Part shown: positions 57,557-64,000 of the stretch, piece by piece
Layout of the letters: every line of letters begins with the position of its first letter
Position numbering within the stretch: the first letter of the stretch is position 1
Assembly: GCA_013314715.1 (NCBI GenBank)
Contig: JABUFC010000004.1
Span: forward strand, 6,777-70,776
Direction of reading: 5' to 3'
DNA: 64,000 nt
Source: Bacteroidales bacterium
GTDB lineage: Bacteria > Bacteroidota > Bacteroidia > Bacteroidales > GWA2-32-17
The notes under the pieces: generated by a model
Databases searched by the model: none
What the model saw: the letters and a program-made list of their open reading frames with translations, nothing else
Told to the model about the DNA's origin: nothing
Made by a program: the position numbers and the translations under genes

Positions 57557-58523
57557 ATTCGGGGCAGTTATTACACATCTTTATTGTGTGTTTACTTTTT
57601 AATATTTTTAGGCGAAAATCGTTAAATGCTTTCGAATGCCAAAGTTCTTTCAACGACTTTTCTTTAATGTTTCCCATATAAAAAATACCTTCTTTATCGT
57701 AGCAACACGGCAATAGACTTCCATCGTATCGAATAACACATTGACTCCATATTCTAAAACAACGATTTTTCTTAATTTTCTTTAATTGCCAACGGTTTTC
57801 TTTTAATTCATAACGACTATAACGAGCTTTGGTTGGAACAAAGCTAAAGTCATTATATATTTGCATTGTTTTTAATTCTGCTATTATGTTTAATGGGCGA
57901 GCCCATTGTTTAAAAGTTTTAATTTCGTGTTCATTAAAACGATGCACTAAAAATTGAACGATAATTTTTGGGTTGTTGAGTTCAAGTTCTTTTTTTACTC
58001 TTATTAAAGTTTCGACAGCTGTTTTAACTTTGTCAATATTTCCGCCAATTCTGTATTTATTATAGGTATTTGCTGTCATTCCGTCCATAGAAATTATGAT
58101 TTTAGATAAACCGCTTTTAACTATACGTTGGGCTAAAGGTTCATCTAAGTTTTGTGCATTGGTTGATAAAACAGTATAAATTCGATATTTTTTTGCAATA
58201 CTTATCATCTGGGTTATTTGATTATGTAGCAATGGCTCTCCTTGGAAATATAAATTTAGATAAAATGTTTGATGATGTATTTCTTTGATGATTTTTTCGA
58301 ACAATTCAAGCGATATATCACCTTTTTTTATCTCGATGCTATGATTATGAGTTGGGCATTCTATACATGCTAATTGGCAACGATTGGTGGGCTCTATGCT
58401 TATAGCAAAAGGCATGGGAGCAATCCAAATTTTTTTAGAAAGCAATGAAAATAAATAGGAAATAGCAATTAAAATTAAATTGACGCTTCTAGTTACAAGT
58501 ATTTTTAAGTTTGAAAATATCAT
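57555..58523 (-). CDS. radical SAM / SPASM-domain protein with N-terminal membrane anchor
   Basis: 322 aa with TM segment LILIAISYLFSLL and radical SAM motif EPTNRCQLACIECP. C-terminal auxiliary-cluster cysteines are CFRIWSQCVIRYDGSLLPCCYD and CNNCPE. Confidence 0.75.
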   Translation of the reverse strand: MIFSNLKILVTRSVNLILIAISYLFSLLSKKIWIAPMPFAISIEPTNRCQLACIECPTHNHSIEIKKGDISLELFEKIIKEIHHQTFYLNLYFQGEPLLHNQITQMISIAKKYRIYTVLSTNAQNLDEPLAQRIVKSGLSKIIISMDGMTANTYNKYRIGGNIDKVKTAVETLIRVKKELELNNPKIIVQFLVHRFNEHEIKTFKQWARPLNIIAELKTMQIYNDFSFVPTKARYSRYELKENRWQLKKIKKNRCFRIWSQCVIRYDGSLLPCCYDKEGIFYMGNIKEKSLKELWHSKAFNDFRLKILKSKHTIKMCNNCPE

Positions 58524-59707
58524 TTTTGAAGGGGTTGAACTTTTGAGTTAATTAAGATAAAATAAACAAATACAAGCGCCGAAATCGATGCAGTTAATAA
58601 AAAGGTAATTTGTGAGCCAAAGTTGGTCCAAATAATTCCTGCAAAAATACTAGCTAAAAGTGCAGCTATGCTTTGTAAAGCGGTGTAAGAACCAATGGCA
58701 CTTGCTACCTCGTTTTTCTCAACAAGATTACTAATCCACGCCTTGGCTATACCTTCGGTGGCCGCTGCATAAAAGCCATAAATTGTAAACAAAAAAATAA
58801 GCATATAAAGGCTCGAAGCAAAAGCAAAGCCAGCATATACCAAGCTAAAGACGATTACGCCCATTAAAAAAACACGATTTAATCCAATCTTATCTGCCAA
58901 TATGCCAGCAGGTAGTGACAAAAGTGCATATGCTAAGTTATATCCTATATAGAGTGCTATGGTTTGTGTGTCGGTAAGTTGGAGTTCTTTTGCTTTTAAA
59001 AGTAAAAACATATCGGAACTATTAAATAGTGCAAAAGTAAGCAAGCCTACCAATAAAAAACGATACGATTGGGGGCTCTGTTTGATGTATTTAAAAAAAG
59101 AAAAAAATGAAACTTTTTGAGTAGAATTAACCATTTTGCTTCTTTTTTCTTTTAATTGAAATAAGAAAAAAAATGTAACTAAACCTGGTATTAAAGCTGC
59201 AAAAAATAACCATTTGTATTGACTCGGATAAAGCCATAAAAATACTAGTGCAATAGTAGGACCAATGGCGGCACCCAATGTATCCATAGAACGGTGAAAG
59301 CCAAATACTCTGCCTTTAGTTTCGGGTGTAGCCTCAGCTGAAAGCATGGCATCGCGTGAGGCGGTGCGAATTCCTTTTCCAAAGCGGTCGAGTGTTCGAG
59401 TTAACAATACCCACCAGCCCGATGGAATTAATATCATCAATGGCTTAGCCAAAGCACTTAACATGTATCCGGTTTGTACAAAAGGTAATCGTCGTTGTAG
59501 TTTATCGGACAATAAACCAAAATAGCCTTTACTTAATCCGGCAATAAATTCGGCTATGCCCTCTAGTGTGCCTATAAAAGCAGCAGAGTAATGCATGGAT
59601 GCAAGAAAAATAGGAATAACAGGGTAAAGCATTTCGCTTGAAATATCGGTAAATAAGCTAACCCATGAGAGTAATAACACTGTTTTGGTTAAAATTTTAT
59701 TCTTCAT
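58520..59707 (-). CDS. MFS transporter
   Basis: 395 aa with about 12 TM helices and an MFS loop motif LSDKLQRRLPF. It overlaps the downstream radical SAM start by 4 nt. Confidence 0.8.
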   Translation of the reverse strand: MKNKILTKTVLLLSWVSLFTDISSEMLYPVIPIFLASMHYSAAFIGTLEGIAEFIAGLSKGYFGLLSDKLQRRLPFVQTGYMLSALAKPLMILIPSGWWVLLTRTLDRFGKGIRTASRDAMLSAEATPETKGRVFGFHRSMDTLGAAIGPTIALVFLWLYPSQYKWLFFAALIPGLVTFFFLFQLKEKRSKMVNSTQKVSFFSFFKYIKQSPQSYRFLLVGLLTFALFNSSDMFLLLKAKELQLTDTQTIALYIGYNLAYALLSLPAGILADKIGLNRVFLMGVIVFSLVYAGFAFASSLYMLIFLFTIYGFYAAATEGIAKAWISNLVEKNEVASAIGSYTALQSIAALLASIFAGIIWTNFGSQITFLLTASISALVFVYFILINSKVQPLQK

Positions 59708-59797
59708 TGCTAAATTTTGTTAAAATGTTAACATTTATTCAGTTAAGGAATTATTTTTGCAAAAAAAAACTCATGTAAACCAAAAAATAGATAAACT

Positions 59798-60385
59798 ATG
59801 AAAAACAGAGCAAAAGTACATTTGTTTTCGATAAAAAAATATGTTTTTTCGCTCATAATTTTATCGTTATTTAATTCATGTTCGTTTGCTCAAAAACAAG
59901 ATGATCCTCAGCCTAAAAATCAACCTAAAGTTCACATTGATGTTAATCGGGAATACGATCAGAACGGTAATATAATTCGTTACGATTCCACATACTCATG
60001 GACATGGAGCAATATAGATAGCTTAAATGAACATTTGAACGATTCGTTGATAAGCCAATTTTTTTCTCCCAAATCAATGTTGAGCTTTTCGCCATTTGAC
60101 GATGACTCGTTGTTTAATTTATTTCGTTTTCCATTGTTAAATGATAATTTTATTGATTTTGGTTTTGATATGGATAAGCAAATGGAAAGTATGTTAAAAC
60201 GACATCATGAAATGATGCTCCATCAACAAGAGCTTATGAATAGGTTTTTTAAAAATCCGCAAAGCATTGTTCAACCTCAACCCAACCTTCAGCCAAAGAT
60301 TTATTCAAATCCTCAAAAAAAATCACAATCCAATAATAAAACCAATTCTACTTCTTCTTCGCAGAACTCAGGAATTGATATGTGA
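59798..60385 (+). CDS. hypothetical lipoprotein
   Basis: 195 aa with lipobox LFNSC and a Q/P/N/S-rich C-terminal tail. Confidence 0.5.
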   Translation: MKNRAKVHLFSIKKYVFSLIILSLFNSCSFAQKQDDPQPKNQPKVHIDVNREYDQNGNIIRYDSTYSWTWSNIDSLNEHLNDSLISQFFSPKSMLSFSPFDDDSLFNLFRFPLLNDNFIDFGFDMDKQMESMLKRHHEMMLHQQELMNRFFKNPQSIVQPQPNLQPKIYSNPQKKSQSNNKTNSTSSSQNSGIDM

Positions 60386-60404
60386 AATCATAATTTTTAG
60401 ATAT

Positions 60405-60431
60405 AAGGCTCGCCCAAAGTGCGAGCTTTTT
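60405..60431 (+). terminator. rho-independent terminator
   Basis: Stem AAGGCTCGC / GCGAGCTTT with loop CCAAAGT and a trailing T-run, 20 nt after the stop at 60385. Confidence 0.65.
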
Positions 60432-60534
60432 TTATGTCTATAATAATATTTTAAGTGTGTATTTTGGTTTTAATAGTTAATGGTATTAAAATTTTAATGT
60501 AAATTTGTCAAAAATTTTGAACTTTATATAAGAA

Positions 60535-61044
60535 ATGAAAATAATTTTATTAATTTTAATGGCTTTTTACTGCAATTTAATTTTTTCGCAAACGATCAAC
60601 CATCGCATCACTGACGAAAAAACGGGCAATGAAATGCTTATTGGCAATTGCAATCGACAAGCCTTTTTGCAAAGTCCGTTTAACGAATGGTATGATGTTG
60701 AATATAAGACATACCAACCTAATCAAGAAATTATAAAACAGTTATCATTGTTAGTAAACGAAGGTTTGCACATTATAATTGTATTTGGTTCGTGGTGTGG
60801 CGATAGCAAAGAACAAGTGCCTCGTTTCTTGACGATTGCCGATCAGCTTGCAATAGATCCAGATATGATCGAATTTATTGCAGTAGATCGAAAGAAACAA
60901 GCTCCAAATATGAATATAGATGAATACAAAATTGAAAAAGTGCCTACCTTTATTTTTTATAAAAATGGAAAAGAATGTGGGCGTATAATTGAAACACCTG
61001 AAACTACTTTAGAAAATGATATGTTAAACCTATTAAAAAAATAA
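60535..61044 (+). CDS. thioredoxin-fold family protein (single-Cys WCGDS motif)
   Basis: 169 aa with a signal peptide. FGSWCGDSKEQVP sits where thioredoxins carry WCxxC, and KVPTFIFY is the cis-Pro region. Confidence 0.6.
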   Translation: MKIILLILMAFYCNLIFSQTINHRITDEKTGNEMLIGNCNRQAFLQSPFNEWYDVEYKTYQPNQEIIKQLSLLVNEGLHIIIVFGSWCGDSKEQVPRFLTIADQLAIDPDMIEFIAVDRKKQAPNMNIDEYKIEKVPTFIFYKNGKECGRIIETPETTLENDMLNLLKK

Positions 61045-61047
61045 ACA

Positions 61048-61419
61048 ATGAATACAGAAAAAACATCATCATCAGCAAAAGTACTTGGTATTATTTCTAT
61101 TATAATAGCCCTTGTCTCATTTGCTATCGCTTTTATTCCATTGGTTGGTATGATAGCTACCATTACTGGGGCTGTAGGAATTATACTGGCTGTAATTGCT
61201 TACTTTTTAGCGACAAAAGAGCAAAATAAAGGGCTTATACTTGCTGCTTTTATTATTTCTATTTTTAGCGTAATTTTTGCTTATTGGCAATTCAAAGATG
61301 TTGAGCAAAAAGCTAAAAACACCATTGAGAGCTACACAGACGAAATCAATCAAATGGAGTCGCTCGATAGTTTAGATAGCAATGTAGATGATATGGAACA
61401 ACGTTTAGATAGCTTATAA
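61048..61419 (+). CDS. hypothetical membrane protein (DUF4190-like, two TM helices)
   Basis: 123 aa with two hydrophobic helices and an acidic tail containing SLDSLDS. Confidence 0.45.
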   Translation: MNTEKTSSSAKVLGIISIIIALVSFAIAFIPLVGMIATITGAVGIILAVIAYFLATKEQNKGLILAAFIISIFSVIFAYWQFKDVEQKAKNTIESYTDEINQMESLDSLDSNVDDMEQRLDSL

Positions 61420-61430
61420 TAGTATGAGTT

Positions 61431-61880
61431 ATGGGAATAAACAAAATATATTTTATTCTATTTATTTTTATATTTGCTTGTAATCAAGTTGGAACAGTTA
61501 AAGTAACTGAAAAATATCCTGATGGAACAATAAAAAAAGAATATGTAATTGATACTACTCAGCACAGAAGCGATACATTAGAAATAACGGAGTATTATCC
61601 CAGTGGAAATATTCGATTAAAAGGAACTTATAAAAATAATCTTCGAAATGGAGAATGGCAGTATTTTCATAAAAATGGTCAATTGTGGAGCAAAGGGAAT
61701 TTTATAGATGGAAAAAGCGAAGGGATATTTACCATTTTCGAAGAAGATGGTAAATTATTTATGCAATCGTCGTATAAACAAGGTAAGCCCGATGGCACTT
61801 GGGTGTTTTACGAAAAAGGAAGAAAGAAAAAAGAAGTAGTATTTGTAAATGACAGTATTGTCAAAGAAACAGATTTTTAA
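61431..61880 (+). CDS. small MORN-variant (YwqK-like) repeat lipoprotein
   Basis: 149 aa with lipobox IFAC and three or four G.W..Y..NG......Y..GK..G units. Confidence 0.6.
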   Translation: MGINKIYFILFIFIFACNQVGTVKVTEKYPDGTIKKEYVIDTTQHRSDTLEITEYYPSGNIRLKGTYKNNLRNGEWQYFHKNGQLWSKGNFIDGKSEGIFTIFEEDGKLFMQSSYKQGKPDGTWVFYEKGRKKKEVVFVNDSIVKETDF

Positions 61881-61881
61881 T

Positions 61882-62739
61882 ATGATATTGCAAAGTTGGG
61901 TTTTATTATTGCTCATCTTTTGGTCGTGCAATATAGGTTTTGATGATGGTAAAAAGAATACACATTTTCCTAAAAAAATAGAGTGGCGTGAGCTTATGCA
62001 CGGATTGTTTTATGCAGAGCTAGAAAACCCCTATCGTTCAAAAATTAGTGATAACATTGTTACACTAGTAAAGGCAGACCCAAAGATTTTAGATATTGAT
62101 GTATATTCTAATACATCGTTTGATTCTGTTAAGCGAACAGCCATGTGTTGGAGTCAAGATTTCAACTTAAATGTTGTTGTTAACGCTGGAATGTATAATT
62201 TAAGTAATACATTTCAGGCAGAAGGTTATTTAAAATCTAAAAAAAAATTAAATAATGTTCGTTTTAAAGAGAGTTTTAAAATGTTTGCTTTATTTAAACC
62301 TTTTGATAGCCTTAATTATACGCCTTATGACATGTTAGATGCCGATATTGAATCTTTAGAAGGGCTTTTAGATAAATATCAATCGGCCTTTCAGTCAATT
62401 CGAATGATTGATTGCAATGGCAAACAAGTTGTATGGAAGCCAAGACGAACCATTTATAGCAGTATGTGTGTATTAGGTATAGATAGAGATAATATGCTTT
62501 TGTTGGCTTTTACTCGAAGCCCTATGTCGGCGAATCAAATGAGCACATTGTTGTTGCATTTGCCTATTCATATACGTTCTGCCATGTATTTAGAAGGTGG
62601 TCCCGAAGCCTGTTTATATATAAAAACACCCGATACCCTTATTTCAAAAAATGGTAGTTATGTCTCGTTAACATTTCCAACCGATACCAATAGCCGGTAC
62701 TGGAACTTACCCAATGTTATTGGTATAAAGGTAAAATAA
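61882..62739 (+). CDS. phosphodiester glycosidase family protein (DUF2233/NAGPA-like)
   Basis: Lipobox IFWSC. VVVNAGMY and AMYLEGGPEA resemble the conserved NAG.F and LDGGGS blocks of the family. The start was trimmed to the ATG at 61882, 1 nt after the upstream stop. Confidence 0.55.
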   Translation: MILQSWVLLLLIFWSCNIGFDDGKKNTHFPKKIEWRELMHGLFYAELENPYRSKISDNIVTLVKADPKILDIDVYSNTSFDSVKRTAMCWSQDFNLNVVVNAGMYNLSNTFQAEGYLKSKKKLNNVRFKESFKMFALFKPFDSLNYTPYDMLDADIESLEGLLDKYQSAFQSIRMIDCNGKQVVWKPRRTIYSSMCVLGIDRDNMLLLAFTRSPMSANQMSTLLLHLPIHIRSAMYLEGGPEACLYIKTPDTLISKNGSYVSLTFPTDTNSRYWNLPNVIGIKVK

Positions 62740-62745
62740 AACTTG

Positions 62746-64000
62746 TTATTGTACTATAAGTTTTTCAGTTTTAATAGCATTGCCACTTATGATTTTTACA
62801 ATATAGCAGCCTTTAATCCATTCTTGTGTATTTATGTTGATGGTATTTTGATTAGAGTTATGACTAAATATAAGTTTGCCCATTAAATCGTAAATTTCTA
62901 TAAAGAATTGATTAGTATTGGTGTAAATATAAAATAGGTTGTGAGTTGGATTAGGATAAAGCAAGGTTTCTATTTGCAAAACGTTGTTGTTGATATTAGT
63001 CAGATTGTGCCATTTATAAATTCCATTTGTGTTTGGAATGGTATTAAAGCCACCTGCCCAACCGGTATTATTGTCTAAAAATTTGCAGGATATATATTGT
63101 ACATTGGAATCAATAGTTATCCATGTTTGGCCAAAATCTTCGCTATAACTGCTACCAAATGTTCCACTAAGGTTTTTTCCAACGCTAACCCATTTGCCAG
63201 CAAATCCAGGAATTGCGTCAAAATCGGTTATGAATACATTCGATGGGAGTGTAAGCGTAGTCCATGTGTTGCCACCATCGGTAGTTTTGCGAACATAAAT
63301 GTCGGTAATGGTATTATTACTAATTATTTTTTGTGTAGCAATACCATTATTGGCATCGTTAAACGCTAAAGATGAAAAGTCGGTAAATCCACTTACTTGG
63401 CTTACTGTCCATGTTGCACCTTTATTGGTTGATTTAAATACTCGTCCTTTATTTGTTGCAAACCAAACCGTATTTCCATATACATCGTACATGCCAGTAT
63501 AGCCATATTCTCCAGAGAGAGGTGCGGGTATGTTCGATTGTGCTACTCTTGTCCATGTATTTCCTCCGTTAGAAGTAGTATAGATTTCGAAATATCCGCC
63601 ATTGGGGTCGCCCATGCAAAATCCTTCATTTTGGTTCCAGAAATGGACTACATTAGGAAAGGCCGTAGAACCGGCAAACGATGCTGTAGTTTGCTTAGTC
63701 CAGGTAGCCCCTCCATCGGAAGTCGTAAAAATACCACCTTCGCCTGCTGTTCCTGTACTTGCATACATGGCAATCCATGCTTTAGTTGCAGAAATGGCAC
63801 AAATATTAGAAACCCTGTTATTTGTGGGCACACCATTAATTGTGCCAATAGTCCAAGTATTACCACCATCTGTTGTTTTTGTAAACTCATTTACAAGATT
63901 GCCATTGCCGTCGATAGCGATGCCCCATGCCGTGTTGGCATCTACAATAGAAATATCGGTTACTCCTCTATATTGAGTGGTAAAGCCGCTGTACTGGGTT
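62746..64000 (-). CDS. BNR/Asp-box repeat (Ycf48-like beta-propeller) T9SS cargo protein, 5' end beyond window
   Basis: Asp-boxes TSDGGATW, TSNGGNTW, STNKGATW, TTDGGNTW and SEDFGQTW. CTD is LLYPNPTHNLFYIY...GCYIVKIISGNAIKTEKLIVQ. The track start at 63831 is a GTG. Hand translation shows the frame stays open to 64000 and adds another Asp-box (TKTTDGGNTWT), so the gene is truncated by the window edge. Confidence 0.7.
   Translation of the reverse strand, partial: TQYSGFTTQYRGVTDISIVDANTAWGIAIDGNGNLVNEFTKTTDGGNTWTIGTINGVPTNNRVSNICAISATKAWIAMYASTGTAGEGGIFTTSDGGATWTKQTTASFAGSTAFPNVVHFWNQNEGFCMGDPNGGYFEIYTTSNGGNTWTRVAQSNIPAPLSGEYGYTGMYDVYGNTVWFATNKGRVFKSTNKGATWTVSQVSGFTDFSSLAFNDANNGIATQKIISNNTITDIYVRKTTDGGNTWTTLTLPSNVFITDFDAIPGFAGKWVSVGKNLSGTFGSSYSEDFGQTWITIDSNVQYISCKFLDNNTGWAGGFNTIPNTNGIYKWHNLTNINNNVLQIETLLYPNPTHNLFYIYTNTNQFFIEIYDLMGKLIFSHNSNQNTININTQEWIKGCYIVKIISGNAIKTEKLIVQ

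Noticed and set aside
1-64000. Looked for CRISPR arrays, IS elements/transposases, integrases, rRNA genes, riboswitch-like leaders and long direct or inverted DNA repeats
   Set aside because: None were recognised. The only repeats seen are intragenic protein-repeat modules (SprB-like, MORN-variant, TPR, Asp-box) and the short Tyr-Gly codon repeat in wzc. A computational repeat and Rfam scan would be needed to exclude small elements.

Overview
Gene-dense chromosomal window with about 65 CDS, 2 tRNAs, and no rRNA, CRISPR array, transposase or integrase. It most likely comes from an anaerobic member of the Bacteroidota. Support: four secreted proteins end in T9SS C-terminal sorting domains, TAnnTTTG -7 promoter boxes sit in front of many genes, G+C is low, the HemD/DUF4271 and RnpA/YidD neighbourhoods are present, and there is an [FeFe]-hydrogenase with Rex. 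Two accessory systems stand out. (1) 4588..8872, minus strand: a five-gene, translationally coupled lasso-peptide-type RiPP operon. It encodes an HprK-related kinase, a PAPS-type sulfotransferase, a PqqD-like B1/RRE, a B2 protease and an Asn-synthetase-like cyclase. No precursor peptide gene or exporter is visible. A PAPS-generating module (DUF2061-cysC-cysD-cysN plus cysQ) lies 12-20 kb away. (2) 29143..40785: a redox/H2 sensing island. A HydC/HydB/HydA-like trimeric [FeFe]-hydrogenase has a HydA subunit with a visibly degenerate H-cluster pocket. It is flanked by two different putative sensory hydrogenases: one carries a PAS domain and sits next to a PP2C/SpoIIE phosphatase, the other is fused to a histidine kinase. 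They are followed by a stand-alone receiver, a receiver-histidine kinase hybrid and Rex, with a Rex-like operator in the divergent promoter. The remaining genes are housekeeping or envelope functions: rpmH, a futalosine-type radical SAM enzyme, an alpha-oxoamine synthase, RlmI, RidA, PabA, umuDC, ribF, Wza/Wzc, an S41 peptidase, rnpA/yidD and hemD. The ORF track uses TTG/GTG as starts, so several N-termini were trimmed to the more plausible ATG. All functional calls come from motif recognition by eye; no searches were run.
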